64,000 nucleotides of DNA from Planctomycetota bacterium (GCA_029260795.1 JAJDCO010000149.1:131814-195813); one strand, 5' to 3'; counted from the first letter of the stretch, positions 40,298 through 49,787 are shown. Notes: a model not told the origin generated them from the sequence alone. Made by a program: numbers and translations.

Positions 40298-40622
40298 AGG
40301 CAGCGGGCTGAAGCAACGGAAAATCTTGGTTCGACTCGGCAACGGATGGCGCTCAACCAAGTGACGCCGATGAGGGCGGGCCGCGAAGCGGACTTCCTCC
40401 TCCTTCCGCCGCGAGCGCGGCCAGGCCCGTCGGCGATTCACATAGAGACATCCTCCTCCAACGCACCGAGCCGGCTCTTCACGGGAAGCCGGCTCGGAGT
40501 GTTTCTGGGCCGGGTGTGTCACTCCTACGTCGGTTTTCTCCGTCACGCTTACGGACTCGGCGCGATTTCGCGAATGGGAGATGTCGCTCGATGGGGAGCG
40601 GCGCTTTTTCCAGGAGAGTGCG

Positions 40623-41081
40623 ATGTCCCGCCCAGAACGTCGTCCGTGGATCTCGAGTCGAGTCTTGTTGATCGTCCTCTTGGCGCTCGGGACCTCGTTC
40701 TTCGAACTCGCGGCCGAGAGCCCGCTGGCGAGGTGGACGATCCCGGTCGGGCTCGCACTGGCCGGAGGCCTGAGGGCTCGTCTCGACTGGGCGCGCTGGG
40801 CTGCGGTGGCCGGAAGTGTGCTGAGCATCGAGGTCGAGTGTGTTTCGATGGCCAGCCGATGGCTTGACCCGATCGTGGGATGGGAGAGTGGCATTGCGTG
40901 GACGGTCGCGAGGATGGTGACCTCCGTGGCTCTGTTGAGCCTGCTGGTCTCGAAGGGCACCGGCGAGTGTTTTAAAGAGGCGCGACAGGCTCGGAGACGG
41001 GAGGCACTCGGGCTCCCGCCGCAACGGCGCCCCTGGGAGAGCACGGCCCTGTTGCATTCAACGGTTTCCATCCATCGCTGA
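40623..41081 (+). CDS. Small hypothetical membrane protein (about 3 TM helices)
   Basis: ORF with hydrophobic segments. The competing antisense 377-aa ORF is Arg-rich low complexity. Confidence 0.3.
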   Translation: MSRPERRPWISSRVLLIVLLALGTSFFELAAESPLARWTIPVGLALAGGLRARLDWARWAAVAGSVLSIEVECVSMASRWLDPIVGWESGIAWTVARMVTSVALLSLLVSKGTGECFKEARQARRREALGLPPQRRPWESTALLHSTVSIHR

Positions 41082-41250
41082 GATCATCGATCGACGGCGA
41101 TCACGGTTCCCTCGCGACCGGGTGTCGGTTGACCTGGTGGGCGGCCACCCTGATCGGACGCCCGAGCGAACACTCGACGATTCGCGACGGTCGGGCGGTA
41201 TGATGCCGACTCGTGGACGAGATGCTGACGGGTCCGCAACCGAGACGAGC

Positions 41251-42447
41251 ATGCGAATCTTCTGCTACACGAAAGAGTTTCCGCCGGAAGAAGGCGGGCT
41301 CGAGACCTACGCCCATCAGGTCGTCGACCATCTGCAGCAGTTCGGGCATGACGTCTTGGTCGCCGTGCGCCACATGGAAGGCGACGAGGAGTTCGACCGA
41401 CACTCGTCGCTGCGAATCGAGCGGTTGAAGCCCTACTTCAAGCCGACGGCCCTCTACCGCGCTTACAGCTACTGGACCGTGCCTCGCCTCATCCAGCGTC
41501 ATCACTCCGACGTCGCGTTTCTGCCGTACTGGTTCCGGTTCAGCTCGGTCGTGCCCTGGTTTGCCCGGTACCGCAAGCTGCCCTACTTCGTGACCTGCCA
41601 CGGGGAAGAGGTCGCCTTCGAGCCGGGTCGCTTGAGCCACACCCGTCGACGCATGATGTCGGGCCTCCGAGGCGCCTTGCGCGTCTACACGAACTCGGCG
41701 CATACTCGCGAGCTCTGCCTCTCCCACGGTCTGGACCCGAGGCGAGTCGAAGTGATGGGAGGCGGCGTCGTGCCGGAAGACTTCGAGGTCGAGGCGAGCC
41801 GCGTCGAGGCGCTTCGGGATCACTTGGGTCTTCGCGGTAAGCGCGTGCTCCTCACCGTCGCGCATCTGCGTACGAAGAAAGGGCACGACTTCGTGATGCA
41901 GGCGATGGCGCAACTCGGGCTCGACGACGTGCACTACGTCTGCGTGGGGCGCGGCGATCACGAGGCGACTCTGCGGGAGCAGGCGGCCCAGCTCGGGCTC
42001 GCCGACCGCGTGCACTTCGCCGGCTTTGTACCGGACGACGAGCTGCCCCTCTACTACCACCTGGCCGATACCTTCGTGCTGACGACGCGCGATACCGATG
42101 GCAGCGGTCGAACCGAAGGGTTGGGGTTGGTGTACCTCGAAGCCAACATCTGTGGGACGCCCGTCCTGGCCGGCGATGTGGGCGGCGTGCGCGAGGCCGT
42201 GGAGGACGGCGTCAACGGGCTGCTCGTCGACAGCTCGAGCATCGACGCGATCGCGAGCGGATTGAAGCGCCTGCTCGAGGATTCGTCCCTCAGGACGACA
42301 CTGGGTGATCAAGGCCGACGTCGAGTGCTCGAGCAAGGATTCACCTGGGAAGCGGTCGCTCGACGCTACGAGCAGAGCATGCTGGCCGCCTTGCAGGAGC
42401 AGTCGGAATCCCGGCCGCGAATGGCATCGACGTCCCAGGGAGGTTGA
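41251..42447 (+). CDS. Family 4 (GT-B) glycosyltransferase
   Basis: C-terminal EANICGTPVLAGDVGGVREAVEDGVNGLLVD retaining GT4 signature. 398 aa. Confidence 0.8.
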   Translation: MRIFCYTKEFPPEEGGLETYAHQVVDHLQQFGHDVLVAVRHMEGDEEFDRHSSLRIERLKPYFKPTALYRAYSYWTVPRLIQRHHSDVAFLPYWFRFSSVVPWFARYRKLPYFVTCHGEEVAFEPGRLSHTRRRMMSGLRGALRVYTNSAHTRELCLSHGLDPRRVEVMGGGVVPEDFEVEASRVEALRDHLGLRGKRVLLTVAHLRTKKGHDFVMQAMAQLGLDDVHYVCVGRGDHEATLREQAAQLGLADRVHFAGFVPDDELPLYYHLADTFVLTTRDTDGSGRTEGLGLVYLEANICGTPVLAGDVGGVREAVEDGVNGLLVDSSSIDAIASGLKRLLEDSSLRTTLGDQGRRRVLEQGFTWEAVARRYEQSMLAALQEQSESRPRMASTSQGG

Positions 42448-42451
42448 ATCC

Positions 42452-43852
42452 ATGACGAGACTCCTTTGGATCCTGCTCGGACTTCCTCTGGCAGCCGCGT
42501 TTGCGCAAGAGGCTCCGACCGTTCCCGCTCGTCCGAACGTCGTTCTCGTCATGGCCGACGATCTCGGCTGGGGCGACACCGGATACAACGGCCACCCGAT
42601 CCTCGAGACACCCCACCTCGATGCGATGAGTCGTCAGGGCGTGCGGTTCGAGCGCTTCTATTCGGCGTCGGCGGTCTGCAGCCCGACGCGCGGCTCGTGC
42701 CTGACGGGTCGCCATCCCGACCGCTACGGCATCCCGACTGCGAACCGCGGACATCTACGGGCGAGCGAGATTACGCTCGCCGAGATCCTCTCGGAGCGCG
42801 GGTATGCGACGGGACACTTCGGCAAGTGGCACCTCGGCACGATGAGCCCCGATTACTCGGGAAAAGGGGCGAGCCGCAAGCCGGCCGAGAACTACTGCAC
42901 ACCGGGCATGTCGGGCTTCGAGGAGTGGTTCAGCACCGAGTTCGCCGTCGGGACCTGGGATCCCTACGCTCGCGAAAGCTCCCACCTCGGCAAGAATATC
43001 CCCTGGGATCCGCGTGCGCTCTATTGGGAGAACGGTGTCAACATCGAGCAGCCCCTCACGGGATGTGACTCTCGGATCATCATGGATCGTGCGCTCCGAT
43101 TCATTGGGCGAGAGACCACGAAGAACCGACCGTTCCTCGCCGTCGTCTGGTTCCACGCGCCGCACACGCCGGTGATCGGAGGACCCGAGTACAGAAAGCT
43201 CTACTCGGATCGGTCCGAAGATGAGCAGCACTACTTCGCGACCGTCACGGCGCTCGACGCTCAGGTGGGACGCCTTCGGGCGTTCTTGCGGGAGCGAGAG
43301 CTCGCCGACGACACGCTGGTCTGGTTCTGCTCCGACAACGGCCCCGAAGGCAACCCGGGCCCACAGAAGCGGAATCGTGGCTCGGCCGGCTTGCTGCGGG
43401 GGCGAAAGCGTTCGCTGTACGAGGGTGGGATTCGCGTGCCGGGTCTCCTCGAATGGCCGGGTCGCATCCCGAAGCCGCGCAAGCTCTCCACTCCGGCGGT
43501 GACGAGCGACATCTTGCCCACCGTCCTCGCGGCTTTGGGACTCGAGCCTCCTGCCGATCGGCCGCTGGATGGAGTTGACTTGATGCCGATGATCGACGGC
43601 GAGCAGGCCGAGCGGGGCAGCCCGATCGCGTTCCGTTTCGGCAAGCAAGCGGCGCTGATCGGTGATCGCTACAAGCTGATCACGAACGAGTCCCTCGAGC
43701 GTCAGCGGTCCGACAACGGAGCCGAGACGGTCGCAGAGGTCGAGCTCTACGACCTCCATGAAGATCCCTCAGAGACGAAGAACCTGGCGGCCGAGCAGAC
43801 GACTCGAGTCAAAGAAATGCGAGCGAGCCTCGAAGCCTGGCGAGCCGAGTGA
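42452..43852 (+). CDS. Sulfatase (canonical CSPTRGSCLTGR)
   Basis: Signal peptide, VVLVMADDLGWGD, CSPTR FGly motif. 466 aa. Confidence 0.85.
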   Translation: MTRLLWILLGLPLAAAFAQEAPTVPARPNVVLVMADDLGWGDTGYNGHPILETPHLDAMSRQGVRFERFYSASAVCSPTRGSCLTGRHPDRYGIPTANRGHLRASEITLAEILSERGYATGHFGKWHLGTMSPDYSGKGASRKPAENYCTPGMSGFEEWFSTEFAVGTWDPYARESSHLGKNIPWDPRALYWENGVNIEQPLTGCDSRIIMDRALRFIGRETTKNRPFLAVVWFHAPHTPVIGGPEYRKLYSDRSEDEQHYFATVTALDAQVGRLRAFLRERELADDTLVWFCSDNGPEGNPGPQKRNRGSAGLLRGRKRSLYEGGIRVPGLLEWPGRIPKPRKLSTPAVTSDILPTVLAALGLEPPADRPLDGVDLMPMIDGEQAERGSPIAFRFGKQAALIGDRYKLITNESLERQRSDNGAETVAEVELYDLHEDPSETKNLAAEQTTRVKEMRASLEAWRAE

Positions 43853-44237
43853 CGTGGAATGCGTCCGCGAAGAGCGGGCGAGCCGCCTGGCGGGCCGCCC
43901 GCGCTCCCAGGGAAGACGCCCCACGTGGAGTGCGTCCGCGAAGCGGAGCCGCCTGCGTCAATGGGCGAGCCATGTCACGCTCGAGGCGAAGCGGAGCTGA
44001 CGCCCCGAATCGCCGACGAAGAGCTCGCCCGTGAAAACGACATGGAGTGCGTCCGCGAAGCGGAGCCGCCTGCGTCAATGACATGGAGTGCGTCCGCGAA
44101 GCGAAGCCGCCTGCGTCAATGGGCGAGCCATGTCACGCTCGAGGCGAAGCGGAGCTGACGCCCGAAATGAAGATGAAGAGGCCCGCCCGCGAGAATGACG
44201 AGTCTCACGTCCGCGAGGCGAAGCGGAGCGGACGCTG
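43853..44237. repeat. Array of composite REP/MITE-like repeats: two full copies of an approximately 80-bp module A (core ggagtgcgtccgcgaagcggagccgcctgcgtcaatgggcgagccatgtcacgctcgaggcgaagcggagctgacgcc), three partial copies, and one inverted 38-bp module B
   Basis: Direct reading. Copies at about 43925-44003 and 44082-44162, partial copies at 43854-43885, 44043-44080 and 44200-44235, and revcomp module B at 43886-43921. The region produces only short Arg/Ala-rich spurious ORFs. Confidence 0.7.
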
Positions 44238-44256
44238 CCGGCTCCAGCCGGAGCTC

Positions 44257-45771
44257 TCACCTTCGCCAGGCGAGGAAGCGGGCCATCCACCGCGCGACGG
44301 TGGGCGTCAGGCGAGTGCGGTTGAAGGCGTCGCCGGCCTTGCGGATGATCTCGGCCTGAGTCGGATATGGATGAATCACATTCGACAGATCCGAGAGCTT
44401 CAGGCCCTGCTGAATGGCGAGCGTGAGCTCGGAGATCGTCTCTCCGGCGTGGGGTGCGACGAGCGTCGCGGCCACGAGGTGACCCTTTTTCGTCGTGTGC
44501 ACCTTGAGGAATCCGTCGGTGGAACCGTCCAAGATCGCGCGATCGACATCGGCCATCGCGAGGCGAGTCGCGGTCACGTCTCCGCGCGCCTCGAGCTCGG
44601 AAGCGCTCGGGCCGACGTGCGCGACTTCGGGGTCGGTGTAGGTGCACCAGGGAATGGTCAGACTCGAGGCCTTGGCACGTCCGAAGAACAGCGCGTTGCG
44701 GATCACGATGCGAGCCATCGCGTCGGCGGCGTGAGTGAACTGGAAGCGCGAGCAGACATCGCCGGCCGCGAAGACATGCGGGTGAGTCGTACGAAGGCGG
44801 TCGTCGACGGTAATGCCCTTCTTGAGGTCGAACTCGATGCCGACCGCCTCGAGCCCGAGGCCTTCCACGTTCGGGGCACGACCGGCCGCGACGAGTAGCT
44901 CCTCCGCCTCGATCGGCTTCGATACGCCTTCGACGTGGACTCGCCGAGCCTCTCCCACCTGCTCGACGCGAGTGATTCGACACGAGGTGTGCAGCTCGAC
45001 GCCGTCCTTCTCGAGCGCTGCCGCGACGACGGCCGCCGCCTCGGCATCATCCTGACCCATGATCCGCGGGGCCGCTTCGAGCAGGGTCACGGACGAGCCG
45101 AAGCGCGCGAATGCTTGTGCCATCTCGCAGCCGATCGGCCCGCCGCCGATGATGATCAGCCTCGCCGGGAGCTCGGTCAATGAGAACAGCGTCTCGTTCG
45201 TGCGGGCGTCCACGGCGTCGAGGCCCGGGATCGGGGGCGCGCTCGCGCGCGCGCCCGTTGCGATGCAGGCCTTGGAGAATCTCAGCCGCGTATCGCCAAC
45301 GCGTACGACGCGATCGCCCTCGAAGGACGCCGAGCCGAGAAACACGTCGACCCCGCGGTCCTGGAAGCGGCGCGCCGAGTCGTTCTCGCTGATGTCGGCG
45401 CGGAGGCGACGCAGGCGCTCCATGACCGCAGCGAAGTCGGCTGTCGCGGGCCCGGCGCTTCGCAGACCGAACTCCTTGCGCCGCCTCACCTGCGCCAGGA
45501 CGCGCGAGGCTTCGAGCAACGCCTTCGACGGTACACAGCCGACGTTGAGGCAGTCGCCGCCCAGCAAGGCGCGCTCGACCAGCGCGACCTTGGCACCGAG
45601 ACCGGCCGCGCCGGCTGCAGTCACGAGCCCGGCCGTGCCACCACCGATTACGACGAGGTTGTAGCGATCGGCCGGCGTCGGCGCACTCCAATCGGAGGGA
45701 TGGACGTTGGCGGCCAGGCGCTGGTTGTGGGCATCGAGCGGTTCGAGCGCGGGGAGCTCGGGTCGGGGCAC
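44257..45771 (-). CDS. FAD-dependent pyridine nucleotide-disulfide oxidoreductase (class I, redox-active CxxxxC: GGDCLNVGCVPSK)
   Basis: Two Rossmann motifs (VVIGGGTAG, IIIGGGPIGCE), C-terminal dimerisation domain. No MerA-type C-terminal Cys pair. 504 aa. Confidence 0.85.
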   Translation of the reverse strand: MPRPELPALEPLDAHNQRLAANVHPSDWSAPTPADRYNLVVIGGGTAGLVTAAGAAGLGAKVALVERALLGGDCLNVGCVPSKALLEASRVLAQVRRRKEFGLRSAGPATADFAAVMERLRRLRADISENDSARRFQDRGVDVFLGSASFEGDRVVRVGDTRLRFSKACIATGARASAPPIPGLDAVDARTNETLFSLTELPARLIIIGGGPIGCEMAQAFARFGSSVTLLEAAPRIMGQDDAEAAAVVAAALEKDGVELHTSCRITRVEQVGEARRVHVEGVSKPIEAEELLVAAGRAPNVEGLGLEAVGIEFDLKKGITVDDRLRTTHPHVFAAGDVCSRFQFTHAADAMARIVIRNALFFGRAKASSLTIPWCTYTDPEVAHVGPSASELEARGDVTATRLAMADVDRAILDGSTDGFLKVHTTKKGHLVAATLVAPHAGETISELTLAIQQGLKLSDLSNVIHPYPTQAEIIRKAGDAFNRTRLTPTVARWMARFLAWRR

Positions 45772-45796
45772 AGCGAGTGTTCCTTGGTGAGGGAGG

Positions 45797-46534
45797 TCAG
45801 GAGGGCGAGGGCTCGGACGCGGAATCTCCTTCGCTCTCGACGTCGGTGTGTTCGCGGAGTACGCGCTGAGCGATGCGCGTGACGAGCACGGTGACGATCG
45901 CGGTCGCGGCGAGTCCCACCGCCAGGAGCACCCACTCGCCCGTCGTGCGCTCGGTCGAACTGGCTGCCGCCTCGAGGCCGGCGCGGCCGGCGTGGCCGAG
46001 GTAGACGTACAAGAAAGTGCCCGGGATCATGCCGACCCAGGAAGCGACGACATAGGGCAATGCCCGCACCGCCGTGAGACCGAAGAGGTAGTTGCCGATC
46101 GAGAACGGGATGACGGGCGACAGTCGGAGCAGGGCGATGATCTTCCATCCGCTCTCGCCGATCGCGCGGTCCATGGCTGCGAACTTCGGTGTGCGCTGCG
46201 CGAAGCGTTCGAGGTGCTCCCGGGCGAAGGTGCGTGCGATGGCGTAGGCACAGGCCGCGGCCGTCGTCGAGGCAAGCGAGACGACGACGAACCCGAGGCC
46301 GAGTCCGAAGAGCGCTCCTGCGGCGAGAGTCAGTGCGGATCCCGGCACGAAGAGGACCGCGGCCAGGACATACACGGCCCCGAACACGACCGGACCCCAG
46401 GCTCCGAGCGAGCGGATCCAAGCGTCGAGCGACTCCAGCCACGCATCGAGCGGCAGCAGCCGTGCCGCCACGAACAGGCCGACGAGGACGACCGCCAAGG
46501 CGATGAGGCGCGCGTACTTCTTCCAGCCACTCAT
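45797..46534 (-). CDS. TVP38/TMEM64 (DedA-like) family membrane protein
   Basis: Polytopic, SNARE-associated/DedA-like motifs (VFVPGSALTLAAGALFG). 245 aa. Directly upstream of the oxidoreductase on the same strand. Confidence 0.8.
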   Translation of the reverse strand: MSGWKKYARLIALAVVLVGLFVAARLLPLDAWLESLDAWIRSLGAWGPVVFGAVYVLAAVLFVPGSALTLAAGALFGLGLGFVVVSLASTTAAACAYAIARTFAREHLERFAQRTPKFAAMDRAIGESGWKIIALLRLSPVIPFSIGNYLFGLTAVRALPYVVASWVGMIPGTFLYVYLGHAGRAGLEAAASSTERTTGEWVLLAVGLAATAIVTVLVTRIAQRVLREHTDVESEGDSASEPSPS

Positions 46535-46659
46535 GAAGTCTCGGGGGCTTTCGGTCGAAGGTCCGGAGGATCTCTCGGGTCACGGCGCCAGCTCTCCGTT
46601 TCTCGCAGACCGGAGGGAGGACGGCAAGGACGGAGTGAGTGGAGCAGGGAGGAGTCACT

Positions 46660-46895
46660 CTTGGGGGCGTCTTCCCCGGGGAGCGCGGGCGGCCCGCCCG
46701 CCTGGATGGCCATTTCGGGGGCGTCCTCCCTGGGAGCGCGGGCGGCCCGCCCGCTCTTGTCCGAGTGTCAGCTCGCTTCGCCTCGAGAGTGACGTGGCTC
46801 GCCCGATGACGCAGGCGGCTCCGGTTCGCGGACGCACTCCCGTCTCCTTTTAGGGCGTCCTCCCTGGGAGCGCGGGCGGCCCGCCCGCTCAGCTC
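46660..46895. repeat. Second composite repeat array, inverted relative to 43853..44237: three 38-bp module B hairpin units (gggggcgtc[ct]tcc[ct][ct]gggagcgcgggcggcccgcccgc) and one inverted module A
   Basis: Module B at about 46664-46702, 46717-46754 and 46853-46888; each contains the palindrome gcgggcggcccgcccgc. Revcomp module A at about 46768-46841, about 90% identical to the left-flank copies. Confidence 0.7.
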
Positions 46896-47017
46896 GATCG
46901 CCGGATCCCGTGCGACCACGACGTGTCGCCCGATGCGCTCGAACGTTAGTCTGACGTCTCGGGCTGCGCGATCGATCGAGTGGCTCGGTCTCGCCCTCCC
47001 AGCCACGGAGAACCGCC

Positions 47018-48643
47018 ATGCGGCCTAACGTCCTCGCCACGATGCACGTCGGGTTCTGGATCGCCTTCACCGCCGCGCCGGCGATGGCCGTCCAGAGCTC
47101 GGCCGACAACGGCCCCGGCGTGCCCGCCGCTTCGGCCTCAGAGGCAGGCCTCGTCCGGACGATCCACACTGCCTTCCGCGCCGAGCGCGCGTTCACGACC
47201 ATTCAATTCACGGACGGCTTCTATCGCGCGCCCGCGAACGACGGCTTCGAGGCCGTGCTCGATCACCTGCTCGAGCAGCTTCGAGCCGCGGGCTACTCCG
47301 AGGACGGCGACCGGTTCCAGCTCGAAGTGATCGAGACACCGCGCAACCAGCCGGCCTGGACGCCGAAGCGGGGCCGGCTCGTACTCGAGGTCCCGGGGGA
47401 GGAGCCCGTCGTGCTGCACGCCTTCGACGACCCGGGTGGGCGGGATCGTGTCATGCTGCCGGTCAATGCACCGTCCGCTTCGGTGCGGGGTCCAATCGCG
47501 CTGTCGCTCGACGATGTGAAGGAGGGCTCCCTCCTGGTCACCGAGGAGTCGGCCGGCCGGGCCGGAGCGCGCGCCAAGTCGCGCGGCGCCGTGGCCGTGC
47601 TGTCGTCCCGGCTTCAAGACTTCAACGTCGATCCGACCGAGGCCGATCGTCACCTCGACGCCATTCTGTTCACGAGTGTTTTTCGTCAGCTCGATCTTCC
47701 GGTCGGAATGATCTCGCCCCGCTCCCTCGAGCGCATCTGCGCGGCCGTCGCGGACAGCCCCGACTCCCAGCTCGCCTTCGAGGCGGAAGTGACTTTCGCG
47801 CGCCGCCCTCTGCGCACCGTCGTGGCACGCATCGTCGGAGGGGACGAGCCCGGGCGAGCGGTCGCCATTGCCAGCCACGTCCAGGAGCCGGGCGCCTGCG
47901 ACAATGCGTCTGGCGTAGGAGGCACGCTCGAGACGGCGCGCTGCCTGGTCGAGCTGATCCGAGCTGACAAGCTGCCGGTACCGAAGCGCACGATCGTATT
48001 CATCTTCGGTGACGAGATGACCCAGAGCCGCATTTGGCTCGAGCACACCGAGCTCGAAGCGATCGCGGGCATCTCGGTCGACATGGTGGGCGAGTCGCGT
48101 GAGAAGACGGGAGCGATCGCGCTCCTCGAGCGCAGTCCCGATCCCGGCGCGGTCCATGTCCTGCCTCCCGATCGCCACACGCGCTGGGGCGCTTCGCCCG
48201 TCGCGGCGAAGAGTCTGAAGCCCAACGGGCTGTCGGTGCTTGGGCGTCTGGCGCTGGCGGACGTCGCCGCGCTCGAGCCGGCCTGGCAGGCCAGCGAGCA
48301 CCCCTGGGAAGGCGGCAGTGACCACGACATCTTCTTGCGGCAAGGGATCCCGGCGGTGCTCTTCTGGCACTTCACCGACTTCACGTATCACACGAGCCTG
48401 GATCGCCTCGACATGGTCGATCCCGCTGAAGTGCGCCGCACGATGGTCGCAGTGGCCTTGACGGCCTGGCGATTGGCGGCCCCGGACGAGGCGACGCTCG
48501 AGCGCGCATTGAAGGCGGTGGGCATTGAGGAAGCGCTTCGACTTCAAGCTGCCAATAAAGCCAAGAACCGGGCCGCGCTGAAGGCCTGGCGGGCCTGGAA
48601 TGACGGAGCGAAGCAATGGTTGCGGAGGGTGTTCCAGGAATGA
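47018..48643 (+). CDS. M28 family metallopeptidase (aminopeptidase-like), secreted
   Basis: Signal peptide; DNASGVGG and GGSDHDIFLRQGIPAV motifs match M28 metal-binding regions. 541 aa. Confidence 0.7.
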   Translation: MRPNVLATMHVGFWIAFTAAPAMAVQSSADNGPGVPAASASEAGLVRTIHTAFRAERAFTTIQFTDGFYRAPANDGFEAVLDHLLEQLRAAGYSEDGDRFQLEVIETPRNQPAWTPKRGRLVLEVPGEEPVVLHAFDDPGGRDRVMLPVNAPSASVRGPIALSLDDVKEGSLLVTEESAGRAGARAKSRGAVAVLSSRLQDFNVDPTEADRHLDAILFTSVFRQLDLPVGMISPRSLERICAAVADSPDSQLAFEAEVTFARRPLRTVVARIVGGDEPGRAVAIASHVQEPGACDNASGVGGTLETARCLVELIRADKLPVPKRTIVFIFGDEMTQSRIWLEHTELEAIAGISVDMVGESREKTGAIALLERSPDPGAVHVLPPDRHTRWGASPVAAKSLKPNGLSVLGRLALADVAALEPAWQASEHPWEGGSDHDIFLRQGIPAVLFWHFTDFTYHTSLDRLDMVDPAEVRRTMVAVALTAWRLAAPDEATLERALKAVGIEEALRLQAANKAKNRAALKAWRAWNDGAKQWLRRVFQE

Positions 48644-49107
48644 GTCGAGTGGACTCGTTTCGTCGGAGTGTGGCTTCCCGGACCTCGACGTTGACGACGT
48701 TCAGCGCGCGATGGCGTGAGAGATCCGAGCCGGGCGTTGGACGGCCATCTCATGGGAAGCAGCGCGAGAGGTGACCGCTCTCTCAGCGGTGTCGTCCACA
48801 GGCGCTGCAGCCCGACGTGGCGCGATGATAGAGCCGGAACGACGTGACGGACTCCGTTCGCGCCTCTGAAGGTCTCCGCGGCGACCGCCGGCTTTGGAGT
48901 TGTCGGAAACTTGCTGAAGGTTCGGTTCCCGTCCAGACGAACCGGTGCGAGGCGCGCGACATCCCACCCGACTGAGGTCGGGCCCCCGAGCGGACCTTCT
49001 CGATTGACTCCGGGGCGAACTCTCGCGAGCATCGCTTCTGGATCGAATACGTCGTGCCCTTTCCAGATGCTCGCCATGGCGGGCCGCGAAACGAGAAGGA
49101 GTCTTGC

Positions 49108-49767
49108 ATGCGCGTTCGAGAGCTCGGAGTCGGCTTCATTCTCGGGGCGCTCGGCATGACGCTCGCCGCGAGCCTTCCCATCCTGGAGTCCGAAGAGCCG
49201 CCGCTGACCTACCGGCTGAAGGTCGAGGGCGGTGAGACCTTGCCGCTGCGGCTGGGGGAGCCCATCGAGCTGGCCACGCCGAACGAGCGCACGCGGCTCA
49301 CGCTCGAGGCCGACGAGTTCCGGTCTTTCCAGCGACACGGGATTCGCTTTCGTTATCCGGCCCACTTCCGCTGGGAGCTCGAACGCGAGCAGGGGTACGA
49401 GGTCGTCTTCATCGAGGGACCCGACGTGCTCATCGGTGTGCACCGGTACTCGGACGACGAAGATCCGGCCGACATGGTCGAGTATTGGGTCAAGACGATC
49501 ATGGAGGAGTACGAGTTCCAAGAAGGCCGTACCGAGAAGCGCTCCCTGAAGTGGAGGCTCGGCCGGCAGGAGCTCGAAGGCATCGAGCTGGACGCCGTGA
49601 TCGGGGGTACCTTCATCCGACACTCCGTGGTCGGATTCCGCAGCGCCGGCTCCGTGATCGTGTTCTCGCTCCAGGATCCGCTGGGGGAGGACGGATCCTC
49701 GAGCGTCGAAGGTCGCGAGACGAAGAAGATGCTCGAGGAGAGCTTCTCTCTCATCGAGCGACGGTAG
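49108..49767 (+). CDS. Secreted hypothetical protein
   Basis: Internal ATG with a GAAGGAG RBS. Signal peptide MRVRELGVGFILGALGMTLAAS. 219 aa. Confidence 0.45.
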   Translation: MRVRELGVGFILGALGMTLAASLPILESEEPPLTYRLKVEGGETLPLRLGEPIELATPNERTRLTLEADEFRSFQRHGIRFRYPAHFRWELEREQGYEVVFIEGPDVLIGVHRYSDDEDPADMVEYWVKTIMEEYEFQEGRTEKRSLKWRLGRQELEGIELDAVIGGTFIRHSVVGFRSAGSVIVFSLQDPLGEDGSSSVEGRETKKMLEESFSLIERR

Positions 49768-49787
49768 TCTCTCTTGCCCGGAAGGCG

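Noticed and set aside
39938-41071. 377-aa minus-strand ORF
   Set aside because: Arg/Ser/Pro-rich low complexity; it overlaps the end of the 440-aa gene and the membrane ORF.
43758-44260. Several 60-100-aa ORFs (for example 43849..44034, 43859..44158, 43809..44084)
   Set aside because: They are translations of the module A/B repeat units. The same peptide fragments (ECVREAEPPASM...) recur in every copy, so they are repeat artefacts.
44257-45771. Possible mercuric reductase (merA)
   Set aside because: No C-terminal vicinal Cys pair, no NmerA metal-binding domain, and no merR/merT/merP nearby. Called a generic class I disulfide oxidoreductase instead.
47138-48616. 492-aa minus-strand ORF
   Set aside because: Antisense to the M28 peptidase gene.
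48644-49107. 464-bp intergenic region scanned for tRNA/sRNA
   Set aside because: No cloverleaf-compatible T-loop (GTTCRANYC) or acceptor pairing was found; there are only weak hairpins. No RNA gene is claimed.
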